64,000 nt of DNA, from the NCBI GenBank assembly GCA_965225855.1, contig CBDDCK010000005.1, forward strand, positions 1,824,001 through 1,888,000, read 5' to 3'. Within the stretch, counting starts at the first letter, position 1. The number at the start of each line of letters is the position of its first letter. This stretch comes from Spirochaetia bacterium. GTDB lineage: Bacteria > Spirochaetota > Spirochaetia > SP-2023. Below the pieces are notes generated by a model. The model was not told the origin of the DNA. It was given only the letters and a program-made list of their open reading frames with translations, and made no database searches. The translations under genes were made by a program, and so were the position numbers. Of this stretch, positions 27,592 to 38,087 are shown piece by piece.

Positions 27592-29724
27592 TTATTTACC
27601 AACCGCAAAAACTTCAATAGGATTGGTTGGGTCTGCTGAACTACCAATTACAAATCCTGCTGCTGCTTTAAGGTTGTATGCACCATCATTATCACGAAGA
27701 CCAACCTTAACCAGTATCTTATTGGCTTCCGCTTTTACAGTACCGCTTAAAGTAATATATAAGGTTGTTTTATTTGCACCAGAACCTGTGGCTGTGTTTG
27801 CACCTGCAGTTGCGTGCCGGGGTAATGTGTATTCCTTACTACTATCACCGGATACAAGCGTCAATTTGCTAAAGTCCCAGTCTGCAACTGTTGTCGGTAA
27901 ATTATCACCATCAATCAATAATAGGCCTTTACTAATAGAGTAGCGTACGGATTCGATTTCGACTACATACCCACTGACGGTAATAGGGTTATTGCTTGTG
28001 TCTTCAGCCCTACCACCTGCAAATCCTGCTGCTGCTTCCAGGTTGTATACACCATTATCATCACGAACACCATTCTTAACCAATATCTTATCGGCTTTCC
28101 TTTGTTCACTACCCTTTAAAGTAATCGTTAAGCTTGTTGCACTTGCTGCAGAACCTTTGGCAAAGTGTGTAGTTGAAGCTGGGCTGTGTGCTCTTAATGG
28201 GACACTCTTACGACCATTACCTGCAACAAACCTCAATTTGGTGAAGTCCCAGCCCCACACTGTTGACGGTAAATTGACACCTGTAATCACTAACACGCCT
28301 GTACCAGAATTGTAGGTTGCACTGGTAATTGCGGGGTTACCACTAACGGCCAAGGCTTTGGCTGTATCTAAACCCGCCCAAGCACCAGTGCCAACGCTAA
28401 GTAACCCATCTTTTAGACCATTGCTATCCATACCGTCCTTGCCATTCAGAGTAGCTTTATCGTCATCGGTAAGGTAAAGCCAAAGCGCTGTGCCAGCGCT
28501 ATGCAGGCGGTACTTACCTTTTGCAAGACCGCGACTATCTGACCCAGTGGCTGGGTCATCTGCAATATAGGAACTTAAGGCTAAGCCAGCTACCGTGATA
28601 GTTTGGATTTGGGCTTGTTGCGCACTACCTAAGCGATTACCTTGTATGGTTAGCAGCGCCGTGCCAACATGGTAGCTTGCACCGGTAATTGCGGGGTTTC
28701 CACTAACGGCCAAGGCTTTGGCTGTATTTAAACCCGCCCAAGTACCAGTGCCAACGCTAAGCAACCCATCTTTTAGACCATTGCTATCCATACCTGTCTT
28801 GCCATTCAGAGTAGCTTTATCGGTATCGGTAAGGTAAAGCCAAAGCGCTGTGCCATCGTTTTTAATGCGGTACTTACCTTTTGTAAGACCACGACTATCT
28901 GGCCCAGTGGCTGTGCCATCTGTAGTATAGGAACTTAAGGCTACGCCATCTACCGTGATGGTTTGGATTTGGGCTTGGGTCGCACTAGCTAAGTGAGTAC
29001 CTTGTACAGTTAGCAGAGCCGTGCCAACATTGTAGCTTGCACGGGTAATTGCGGCTTGTTCGGCTTGTTCAGCTTGTTCAGCTTGTTCGGTTTGTTCGGC
29101 TTGTTCAGCTTGCTTAGGCGACTGCTGTTCGGCTTGTTCGGCTTGTTCGTCTTTAGGTTGCTTAGGCGACTGATCTTCAGCTTGTTCGTCTTCTTCAGCT
29201 TCTTCAGTTTGCTTAGATGGCTGATTGTCATCGGATACTTCAGTTTGCTTAGATGGCTTATCGGGTACATTACTAACTTCCAAGTCTTTGGCTGTATCTA
29301 AACCCGCCCAAGTACCAGTGCTAGTAAGCAACCCTTTTTTTAGACCATTGCTACCCACCTTGGCCTCAAGAGTAGCTTTATGTGGATCGGTAAGTTTCAG
29401 CCAAAGCGCTGTGCCATCGCTTTTAATACGGTACTTACCTTGTTCAAGACCGTTACTATTTACCCCAGTGGCATCGTCATCTGCAGTATAGGAACTTAAG
29501 GCTACGCCATCTACCACGATGGTTTGGATTTGCGCTTCTGTAGGACTTAAGTTAGTGCCTTGTATGGTTAACAGAGCCGTAGCAAAGTCGTAGATGGCGT
29601 TATTGATAGTCGGCCCAGAAGACGGCGCACCATTGTCATCGTTGTCATCGGGTGGGGCGCAGGCAAAGGCCATAAAGGCCAGTAGCAGTACTACAGGCAA
29701 TAAAAATAGTTTGTGCTTATTCAT
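27592..29724 (-). CDS. Repeat-domain surface lipoprotein, copy 2 (A-linker-A-A-B-B')
   Basis: RBS GGAGGT, ATG 29724, lipobox LAFMAFA-C; long near-identical DNA blocks with 19957-21684 in inverted orientation. Confidence 0.85.
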   Translation of the reverse strand: MNKHKLFLLPVVLLLAFMAFACAPPDDNDDNGAPSSGPTINNAIYDFATALLTIQGTNLSPTEAQIQTIVVDGVALSSYTADDDATGVNSNGLEQGKYRIKSDGTALWLKLTDPHKATLEAKVGSNGLKKGLLTSTGTWAGLDTAKDLEVSNVPDKPSKQTEVSDDNQPSKQTEEAEEDEQAEDQSPKQPKDEQAEQAEQQSPKQAEQAEQTEQAEQAEQAEQAAITRASYNVGTALLTVQGTHLASATQAQIQTITVDGVALSSYTTDGTATGPDSRGLTKGKYRIKNDGTALWLYLTDTDKATLNGKTGMDSNGLKDGLLSVGTGTWAGLNTAKALAVSGNPAITGASYHVGTALLTIQGNRLGSAQQAQIQTITVAGLALSSYIADDPATGSDSRGLAKGKYRLHSAGTALWLYLTDDDKATLNGKDGMDSNGLKDGLLSVGTGAWAGLDTAKALAVSGNPAITSATYNSGTGVLVITGVNLPSTVWGWDFTKLRFVAGNGRKSVPLRAHSPASTTHFAKGSAASATSLTITLKGSEQRKADKILVKNGVRDDNGVYNLEAAAGFAGGRAEDTSNNPITVSGYVVEIESVRYSISKGLLLIDGDNLPTTVADWDFSKLTLVSGDSSKEYTLPRHATAGANTATGSGANKTTLYITLSGTVKAEANKILVKVGLRDNDGAYNLKAAAGFVIGSSADPTNPIEVFAVGK

Positions 29725-29799
29725 AAGCAATACCTCCAAAAAGGGATCCAACAAGGGATAAAGATTAGCCAACCCATACGGGCTAGTCTGTAAATCCCC

Positions 29800-29826
29800 A
29801 TTTTGCTAGGGGGGGTGTTGCGTCAA
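29800..29826 (-). promoter_or_regulatory. Putative promoter of lipoprotein copy 2 with C7 tract
   Basis: Identical to 19867-19893 on the minus strand. Confidence 0.5.
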
Positions 29827-29984
29827 GGCCTTTATAAGGCTTTTTGCAAGTTTTTTTGTGCTTTTTTTATGTTTGGGGCACTTTTTTTGTATCTTAGTGT
29901 TGTAGGCAAATACGTTGCTTAGTAGCCAATAAATTATTTGAGACTACTGGGGTAAAAATTTGTATAAGCCTGGGTGTTTGTGGC

Positions 29985-30383
29985 TTGTCTGTTCCAGCCT
30001 TTGGTTGGCCTTTGGGGTGGGAAAGTATAGAATTGAATAAAATACTTGATTACACCTTAATTACACTATGGGGCAATCTCCAAAAGGTCAAACATTTAAT
30101 GAAAATGAAAACGGGATATTATTCTTTCAGGGGCGTTCAGAATTTGGCCAACGATTTCCTAACACAAGGCACTGTATTTCGATCAATCAATAAAACCGAT
30201 TTAGCAAAACAAACATTAATATCTCCCAATCAAATAATCTGCTATACATTCAATAAAAATATTTCACACATTGATAACAAAATAGAAAACCAAACTTTAA
30301 CTAAAATTAGGGATACACTTTTGGCCCAATTGCTATCGGGCAAACTGCGTATTGCCGATGTAGAAAATTTCATTAAAGACTAG
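29985..30383 (+). pseudogene. hsdS: Internally deleted type I R-M specificity subunit (HsdS) remnant
   Basis: P.GW near the start, QGTVFRSINK, and the conserved C-terminal ENQTLTKIRDTLLAQLLSGKLRI; far too short for HsdS. Confidence 0.75.
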
Positions 30384-30916
30384 GGTATTAATAGGTGGGA
30401 GGTAAATCTATTGATAGATTTAGGTCAATTCTATCAATAGGTGGGAGGTAGTTCTATGGTTAGAGGGGGCTGGCTACTTTAATTAGATAATGATAAGTCG
30501 ATGCCCCAATTTGTGAATCTGCTTTTTTTATCTGAAGCCCTTTGGTCTTTACCTTGCGGCTCTTCTGGGTATTTAGCTGGGGCTCTTCACGCAAACAACT
30601 TTGACAATACAGTGTCGATCGGGTTTGTTGCTTTGGGTTATTGGTTGGGGGTGGCCTTTGGTTTGTTGTTGGGGTGGGGCTAAATGAACAAATATTTAAC
30701 TAAAAGCGTTACGCTAAGTTATGTTAAAGACTATCTTATCCTCCCCAAAAAAGATTGTATTATTTATCCTTGGATGCTGCATACTACTGGGTTCTATTGT
30801 TAAATTTAAGTAAGGCATCTATCTTGAATTTAACATACAGTAGATATAAAATGCTGTACTCTATTTTTGGAGTACTATATTGCCTGTATTTGTAATAGTA
30901 GGATTTTGGGGTGTAC

Positions 30917-32188
30917 ATGTGTAAAAAAATAATACCAAGTTTGCTGGTTTGTAAAATAGTTTTTATCAGCATTATGATAGCATTCGTTTCTTGTTCTAAA
31001 TTGCCAATAGCTCATTATACTTTAGTTTTAGTGCAAGATTCCTCAAATGAATCAAAAATTTTGTTAAGCAAGCTTAAAGCAGCGAAATTGGCAATAGAGA
31101 AATTTAATGCCAAAACTAATATTAATACTTTGAATTTAACTTTGGAAGTATTGGATTTAGCTAAGCAAAATATTGCCTCTTCTGCTGATTTACAAAGTTA
31201 TATCCACCAATTGCAGCATGGCAAATTGTATCGTTCTGTTATTATAGGCTTTGCTATAGGGGCTGGAGCTATAGCCAAGACTAGAGAGCCTGCAACTTTT
31301 TCACTACTGCAATTTCAAAAAATCTTAAAAGATAGTGGTTCTTTATTGGTAGGTTCTTGGCCATTTCCCCCTGAGGGGACAAAAGAATATCCTTTGCAGC
31401 TAAATGTAGCAGAGCCAGCTTATGCTAGTAATTCATACTTTGTTCAATATATTATCAATAATCGCAAGTTGGATAACATTTATATTGTCTATGATGCGCA
31501 ACACCGCGGTATTGCAGAAGATTTTATTTTGCGTAGTAATCAACATGGCTTGCAAGTGGCTGCGAAATTACTGTATGTAGCGGGCAGTTCGGATTATGCA
31601 AAAGGTAGGATTCAAAGCCTTTCGGCTTTATTGAGTGTTGAAAAAAATGTGTTGCGGGGAAATAAGCAGAGGAATGGTATTGTGTTATTTTTAAATCAGT
31701 CTAATTTTGCAAAGAACAATGCTTATTTGTCTGAAAGTCCATATCGTTATTTTTTTGATAACTTTGATATTCTATTGAATAATGATCGATTAGATTTTGT
31801 AAATTCGCTAAACCCTAAGGTTGCGCGCTATTTTGTATTTCAGCAACAAGAATTTGCAGCGTATAAAAAGTACCAGAATTTTATTAGTCAGTATGAGAAA
31901 ATTTACCATTTGAATGCCCGCAAAGAGGCTGTCGAGCTCTACGATGTTATTGGTTTGCTATCTTATGCAGCCAAGAAAACCATAGAAGAGGCCCAAATAG
32001 AAACGACATTAGCCCAGCAGATTTACCAAAATTTATTAGATATTGAGTTTGAAGGGGCTACGGGCAATTTTATTTTCAATACACAAGGCCAACGCATTGC
32101 CAATTATCCTGTTTTTCAATGGACGTCTAGGGAGTTAAAAACTTTGGGCTATTTTTCTGGCTTAAAGGGCCTCTTTATAAATAATTAG
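30917..32188 (+). CDS. Lipoprotein, type I periplasmic-binding fold (Liv-like substrate-binding protein)
   Basis: Lipobox IAFVS-C; AAKLAIEKFN; C-terminal LYD...FEGATGNFIFNTQGQR. Confidence 0.75.
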   Translation: MCKKIIPSLLVCKIVFISIMIAFVSCSKLPIAHYTLVLVQDSSNESKILLSKLKAAKLAIEKFNAKTNINTLNLTLEVLDLAKQNIASSADLQSYIHQLQHGKLYRSVIIGFAIGAGAIAKTREPATFSLLQFQKILKDSGSLLVGSWPFPPEGTKEYPLQLNVAEPAYASNSYFVQYIINNRKLDNIYIVYDAQHRGIAEDFILRSNQHGLQVAAKLLYVAGSSDYAKGRIQSLSALLSVEKNVLRGNKQRNGIVLFLNQSNFAKNNAYLSESPYRYFFDNFDILLNNDRLDFVNSLNPKVARYFVFQQQEFAAYKKYQNFISQYEKIYHLNARKEAVELYDVIGLLSYAAKKTIEEAQIETTLAQQIYQNLLDIEFEGATGNFIFNTQGQRIANYPVFQWTSRELKTLGYFSGLKGLFINN

Positions 32189-32229
32189 AGGCCCATATAT
32201 TTTATGCTATACGCCGCCCTAAGACTCCA

Positions 32230-32397
32230 CCAAGCCTTCACACCAAAAACCAAACCGTAACCTAATTATGTACTTTTTAAAAGTAACAATTATGGACTAG
32301 GTCGGTCCATAGTTATCGACTTGTTGCGTCTATAACTATGGATTGGTTGCTTTGATTGTTTATGGATTTATTATGGATTTAGATAATATTCAATGCA
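32230..32397 (+). repeat. Upstream element X, copy 2
   Basis: Aligns with 19581-19737; carries an extra ttatggattta unit. Confidence 0.9.
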
Positions 32398-32508
32398 TTC
32401 AATGTCGATTTAATGGGCCTTGACTCAATTCCCCCCTAACACAATAGGTCTCTATGCACTAGCCCGTATGGCTTGGCCAATCTTTATCCATTCTTGGAGG
32501 TATTGCTT

Positions 32509-32913
32509 ATGTATAAGCTGAAACTACTTTTATTGCCTGTAGCATTGCTAATGGGCTTTATGGAGTTTTCCTGCGCCCCACCCGATGACGATGATGCGCC
32601 ATCTTCTGGGCCGTCTAAGCCGAATATTCGTAACGCCATGTACGATGTTGCTACGGCTCTGTTAACCGTACAAGGCACTAACTTAAGTCCTACAGAAGCG
32701 CAAATCCAAACCATCGTAGTAGATGGGGTAGCCTTAAGTTCCTATACTGCAGATGACCCAGCCACTGGGCCAGATAGTAACGGTCTTGAACAAGGTAAGT
32801 ACCGTATTAAAAGCGATGGCACAGCGCTTTGGCTTAGACTTACCGATGACGATAAAGCTGTTCTTGAGGCCAAGGTGGGTAGCGATTTCGGCAAGCAAGT
32901 TGGTTGGGTTTAA
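32509..32913 (+). pseudogene. Truncated lipoprotein copy 3 (signal, lipobox and most of the first A domain only)
   Basis: RBS GGAGGT, ATG 32509; homology to copies 1 and 2 stops at EAKVGS (~32883), followed by a palindrome. Confidence 0.8.
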
Positions 32914-33217
32914 GCCAACTTGCTTGCCTTTTTTGTTGGGGGTAACTATGGCTAATAATCCACTACCAGCTTGGTAGTGGATTGCGGCTAGCTTGGTAGT
33001 GGTATAATTTTGGCTATGGGTTGTTTAGGTGTGGTAAAACTAGGGTGTGAATGCTTCGATTCTACAGTTGGGCCACCAATACTAGTAGTAACTAACTACC
33101 AAGCTAATTGAGAGTAGGTTTAAGTTGAACCCAAAAAATAACCATACTGTACTTGACCTTTCATAAGAACTTATAAATAATGCCAGCTTATCATCTTCTA
33201 TTATAAGTAGGTTTTCT

Positions 33218-34615
33218 ATGCAAGCATTCTTATTTACGGCCTTAGGGTATTTTGTCCTACCCATTGCTACCTTGTACTCTTGCCTTGCCAGTATTTATTT
33301 GCTGGACTTTAGCGACCCAGAGTTTTGGCCCTATGTTGCCTTATGGACACCCGGTATATTCCTATACTACATCTACATAGGCCAGCTCATCATAGGCCAG
33401 CGCCTACCGTTTTTAGACCGCATCTGGGGCTTCCCCAACATAATACGAAAACACAAAGGCATGTTTAGCAGACTATTCTTACTAGGGCTAATTATGCATT
33501 CGCTAAGCTACTTGTACAAATACGGCATAGCAAAGCTCATACTCAAACCCGATAGTGGTATGATAGCCGTATATATAGCTGTTGCCGGCTCTATTGCCCT
33601 AATGTTCATCGCAGTCAAAGTATGGCTGAAACCCCAACCGCGCCATGGCCAAGCCACTCGCTATGCTGCCGACTATGCCAAAATGCATAGGTTACACCAG
33701 CTTTTCTACCTACTAGCCATCGGCGTTTGGTATCATGTAGCAAGCTCGGGAGCCTTTCAAGAAAACGGGCTCGGTAGAACCTTGGTAACCGCCTATCTAC
33801 TGTTTGCCTTATCCTGCAAACTATACATGCTAATACGGGCCCGCCAAGCCCCGGTATACCGCTTACAACAGCTAGAAGTTTTGCATGAAAACTTTGTGCG
33901 CTTGCGCTTGCACACCAGCCACACAGGGCCACAAGTACAAGCTTTGCATCACCATAAAGCCGGGCAATACGCCTACTTTTCCTTTGCCATCAAAGACCAA
34001 ACGGGCACTTATTGGGAACAACACCCTTTTTCCTTTGCCAGCCTTGCCTCGCAAGGCTCTAATCAAGATTCTTCAACCCTAACTATAGTGGTTAAAAAAC
34101 TGGGGGACTTTACCGCCAAGCTGCGCGAATTACCTGTAGGTGAATCTGGTACTGAAGTAAAAGTACTAGGCCCCTATGGCAAATTTGGCGTTAGCGCTCA
34201 CACTACTTATGCCGATGGGTTGTACTTGGTCGCTGCAGGCATAGGCATTACCCCATTCCTTTCCGTATTAGAAAAACAGGCTTTTGAGGCCGAATCACAA
34301 GCCCAAACAAAGCCAACACAAACTAGCCCCCTAATGCTTCATTGGTTTGTCCGCGAAGAAAGTGAGCTTGTGTTTGAAGACCGCTTCCAATACTTCTGCC
34401 AGAGACTGCCAAACCTGCAAGTGCAAACTTATGTCGGGCAATCCCTTTCCGAAAGCATATTAGAGCAAGTGCTGTCTTCTATCCCTATTAACGGCAAACC
34501 CAAGCTAGGGGTGCTATACTGTGGCCCCGATGCGGTAGGCCCTATCGTACGCAAAGTGATGGGCCGCTTAGGTATACCCCAGCGCAACTTCCACACCGAA
34601 TTATTTACCATGTAG
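33218..34615 (+). CDS. Ferric-reductase-like membrane FAD/NAD(P)H oxidoreductase
   Basis: TM domain with His pairs (HK/H, HRLH/WYH), GQY, HPFS, GDFT, GPYG, AAGIGITPF, YCGP, ELF. Confidence 0.88.
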   Translation: MQAFLFTALGYFVLPIATLYSCLASIYLLDFSDPEFWPYVALWTPGIFLYYIYIGQLIIGQRLPFLDRIWGFPNIIRKHKGMFSRLFLLGLIMHSLSYLYKYGIAKLILKPDSGMIAVYIAVAGSIALMFIAVKVWLKPQPRHGQATRYAADYAKMHRLHQLFYLLAIGVWYHVASSGAFQENGLGRTLVTAYLLFALSCKLYMLIRARQAPVYRLQQLEVLHENFVRLRLHTSHTGPQVQALHHHKAGQYAYFSFAIKDQTGTYWEQHPFSFASLASQGSNQDSSTLTIVVKKLGDFTAKLRELPVGESGTEVKVLGPYGKFGVSAHTTYADGLYLVAAGIGITPFLSVLEKQAFEAESQAQTKPTQTSPLMLHWFVREESELVFEDRFQYFCQRLPNLQVQTYVGQSLSESILEQVLSSIPINGKPKLGVLYCGPDAVGPIVRKVMGRLGIPQRNFHTELFTM

Positions 34616-34751
34616 CTTGACATATACCAGCCCTTACTGCAATAGTATTGACTATCACTTGTTGTTTAACAGCTAAGCTTTGTTGTCCGCAAGTTTGTGC
34701 AAGAGCATCTTTAACGTGCTTTCTTGTAATTGACCTTTAAGGGAATCAGCT

Positions 34752-35630
34752 ATGGATCACTTAACCAAATTGGAGTCCCAGTCGGTATATATCTTTCGGG
34801 AAGCCTACCGCAAATTCAGCAATCTAGCTATGCTTTGGTCTATTGGCAAAGACTCTACTGTGTTGCTGTGGTTGGCACGCAAGGCCTTTTTCGGCCATGT
34901 GCCCATACCGCTGATACACATTGACACATCGTATAAAATCCCAGAAATGATTGAGTACCGCGACCGCCTAGCCTTGGAGTGGAAGCTCAATATGATTTAT
35001 GGCCAAAACCACCAAGCTTTGGCAGCCAAGCAAACCTATCCAGATGGTGCACTTTCGCGCATAGATTGCTGTAAGGCCCTAAAGTCCGAAGCCCTCAAAC
35101 ATACACTCTCTGGCGAGTGGATGCGTTTGCGCTTAGACCACGCCCAAGGCAAGTATATAGAAGATCTAAACCGTGAACCCTATACCGGCGTTATCGTTGG
35201 TGTCCGTGCGGACGAAGAAGGCAGCCGTTCCAAAGAACGCTACTTTTCCCCGCGCAATGAGCACAATGACTGGAATGTAGATGACCAACCTCCCGAGCTG
35301 TGGGATCAATTCAAGACAGACTTTGCACCCGGTACCCACTTACGCATTCACCCTCTCCTAGATTGGACGGAACTGAATATTTGGGAATACATTGAGCGTG
35401 AGAGTATCCCCACCGTTAGCCTATACTATAACCAAGGTAGCGGTAAACGCTACCGTTCGCTGGGCTGCTACCCTTGTACTAATACCGTGGAATCCCAAGC
35501 TTGCAACCCCAAACAGATTATAGAAGAGCTGAAGACTGGTAAGTTTGTCCAGATTGCCGAACGCTCTGGTCGAGCCCAAGATCAAGAAGGGGGTGGCTTG
35601 GAAACCTTGCGCCGCGATGGCTATATGTGA
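34752..35630 (+). CDS. cysD: Sulfate adenylyltransferase subunit 2
   Basis: [41 protein letters not shown]. Confidence 0.95.
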   Translation: MDHLTKLESQSVYIFREAYRKFSNLAMLWSIGKDSTVLLWLARKAFFGHVPIPLIHIDTSYKIPEMIEYRDRLALEWKLNMIYGQNHQALAAKQTYPDGALSRIDCCKALKSEALKHTLSGEWMRLRLDHAQGKYIEDLNREPYTGVIVGVRADEEGSRSKERYFSPRNEHNDWNVDDQPPELWDQFKTDFAPGTHLRIHPLLDWTELNIWEYIERESIPTVSLYYNQGSGKRYRSLGCYPCTNTVESQACNPKQIIEELKTGKFVQIAERSGRAQDQEGGGLETLRRDGYM

Positions 35631-35649
35631 GATACACTGATGAATAATA

Positions 35650-37491
35650 ATGGATATACAAGAATTACAATATCGAGAACAATTTAACGTAGTGGTCGTT
35701 GGCCATGTAGATCACGGCAAGAGTACGGTGATTGGCCGCCTACTAGTAGATACCGGTGCACTGCCCGAAGGGAAGTTAGAGCAAGTGCAAATAACATGCC
35801 AACGCAACGCCAAGCCATTCGAGTATGCTTTTTTGTTAGATGCTTTACACAATGAACAAAGCCAAGGCATTACGATTGATACCGCCCGTTGTTTTTTTAA
35901 GTCCGCAGCAAGAGACTATATTATTATTGACGCCCCCGGCCATATCGAGTTCTTAAAGAATATGGTTACTGGTGCTGCACGCGCCGAAGCTGCCATTCTC
36001 GTAATTGATGCCAAGGAAGGAGTGCAGGAAAACTCGCGCAGGCACGGCTATATGTTGAGTATGCTAGGTATTCAACAAGTGGTGGTACTAGTCAATAAAA
36101 TGGACTTGATTGACTATGAGCAAAAGCCCTTTGAAGAGATTTGCATTGAATACCGTGCCTTTTTACAACAGATAAGGATTGAGCCACGCACGTTCTTACC
36201 TGTGTCTGCCTTCTTTGGAGAGAACCTTTGCCAAATCTCTAGCAAAATGCCGTGGTTTGCTGGTGGTAATCTGCTTAGTGTGATGGACAGCCTGACAAAA
36301 GAGCTGTCGCTTAGTGCCAAACCATTGCGCTTCCCTGTGCAAGATGTTTATAAGTTTACCGCAAGGGGCGATGATCGGCGTATCTGTGCTGGGCGGGTGG
36401 AAACGGGCCAAGTTCGCAAGGGGGATAAAGTGGTGTTTTATCCATCGGGAAAGCGAGCGGTAATTGCCAGTATTGAGGAATTTAATGTAGCGGAGCAGCA
36501 ATCGGTGGAAGCAGGGCGTTCGGTTGGCTTTACCTTACAGCCAGAAATTTATGTTAAGCAGGGCGAGCTAATGGTGCATGATGGGGCTAACCAGCAGTTG
36601 GGCCACCCCATCGTGAGTACAAAAATGCGCGTCAACCTTTTCTGGCTAGGCCGTAAGCCCATGGTTTCTGCCAAGAAATATAAGCTAAAGGTGGCCACTG
36701 CTGAGCATTCGGTCTATTTGCAAACGGTGTACAAAGTGCTCGATGCTTCAGAATTGAGTTCAGTGCAAGGGAAACAGCAAATTGACTTGCACGATGTGGC
36801 CGATTGTGTGCTGGAATCCCTTAGTCCTGTAGCCTTTGATACCGTGCAGCAAGTGGCCCAAACAGGCCGTTTTGTGATAGTCGATGGCTATGATATTGCT
36901 GGAGGTGGTATTATTCTATCTTCAGTAGAACAGGGCGAAAGCTTGCTGGAGCGCCATATCCACCAGCGGGAGGCCTTTTGGCAGCGTAGCAAGCTAAACC
37001 CAACCATGCGTGTCCAGTGTTATAAACAGCAGCCTAGCTTGATCATTATTAGTTGTGAAGGCTTTGGTGAACATGGTTGCGAGGGCCTTAACTCAACCGA
37101 AGAGCTGCCCTTAGCCCACCAATATGCTGGGTTGTTGGAACAGCAGCTAGTCCAGCAAGGCCATTACGCCTACTATTTGAGCCTTGGCAATATGGGGCTA
37201 AGCAATCAACAAGCCGAGCGCAGCGAGAGCCTGCAGCATTTGGGGGGAATGGCCCACATGTTTTGCCATGCTGGGGGTATTTTCATTACCGCATTGACTA
37301 GTTTAGGGCAAGCTGAATACCAGCTATTGGCCAGTCTCAATGCCCCTTACCGTCAGGCTGTGGTACAAATTGGCCCAGGCTACTTGAGCGATGATTCTGT
37401 ACAATTGAATTTAGATGCCGAACTGGCCACCGAAGAAGGGCTAAGACGCTTAAGACAAATGCTTTTGGCACAGGGCATTTTATTCGATTGA
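35650..37491 (+). CDS. cysN: Sulfate adenylyltransferase subunit 1 with degenerate C-terminal APS-kinase-like domain
   Basis: [27 protein letters not shown]; follows cysD. Confidence 0.92.
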   Translation: MDIQELQYREQFNVVVVGHVDHGKSTVIGRLLVDTGALPEGKLEQVQITCQRNAKPFEYAFLLDALHNEQSQGITIDTARCFFKSAARDYIIIDAPGHIEFLKNMVTGAARAEAAILVIDAKEGVQENSRRHGYMLSMLGIQQVVVLVNKMDLIDYEQKPFEEICIEYRAFLQQIRIEPRTFLPVSAFFGENLCQISSKMPWFAGGNLLSVMDSLTKELSLSAKPLRFPVQDVYKFTARGDDRRICAGRVETGQVRKGDKVVFYPSGKRAVIASIEEFNVAEQQSVEAGRSVGFTLQPEIYVKQGELMVHDGANQQLGHPIVSTKMRVNLFWLGRKPMVSAKKYKLKVATAEHSVYLQTVYKVLDASELSSVQGKQQIDLHDVADCVLESLSPVAFDTVQQVAQTGRFVIVDGYDIAGGGIILSSVEQGESLLERHIHQREAFWQRSKLNPTMRVQCYKQQPSLIIISCEGFGEHGCEGLNSTEELPLAHQYAGLLEQQLVQQGHYAYYLSLGNMGLSNQQAERSESLQHLGGMAHMFCHAGGIFITALTSLGQAEYQLLASLNAPYRQAVVQIGPGYLSDDSVQLNLDAELATEEGLRRLRQMLLAQGILFD

Positions 37492-38087
37492 GCCTAGAGC
37501 TACATCCTTTCCCTACTACAATCGATAAAATACAGCTGTACTACTTTTGCCTAGCTCGTCCTATACCAATAGAGCTATACTGTGTAATACAGATTATTCG
37601 ATAGCCAACCAATAGATAACATATTTAAAAACAGGTTGAATCATATTTATCATAAACAGTGAGGTTTGATGGTAATCCTAAAAGTACCTATCTTGTGGTT
37701 CGTAAATAAAGGTGCTTATAGGACTACAAGAGATTGTATTATGGCCCTAACTAGGAATAGCTTTAAAAACAGCCAAGGATTTTGGTCTATAACGTTAATA
37801 TTTTCTATGTATATCGAAGATAGGTATCTCTACTATATAGCCTTTTATCATCATGGTAGGCCGTATGGATTATTGGGATTAAGGCAAACTTAGATTGGTT
37901 GGCCGGCCTAGATGAGCACCATAAGCAGAGCTATCCTTAAAGCAGAAGACTCTCAAGCTCTTTTAGACTTTTAAAACTAATTATCGAAACTATATCGATA
38001 ATGCAGAGATGGATTTTGTTATAAACTGCACCCTTTATGCAGGACTAGGGCTTGCAAGAAAACTAGATAGCCTGTATAACTTGGGCT

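Noticed and set aside
19957..32913. Diversity-generating retroelement
   Set aside because: No reverse transcriptase; differences between copies include indels and are not visibly confined to adenines.
37500..38040. 75-aa ORF or gene relic between cysN and kamA
   Set aside because: TTG start, no recognisable motif; cannot be supported.
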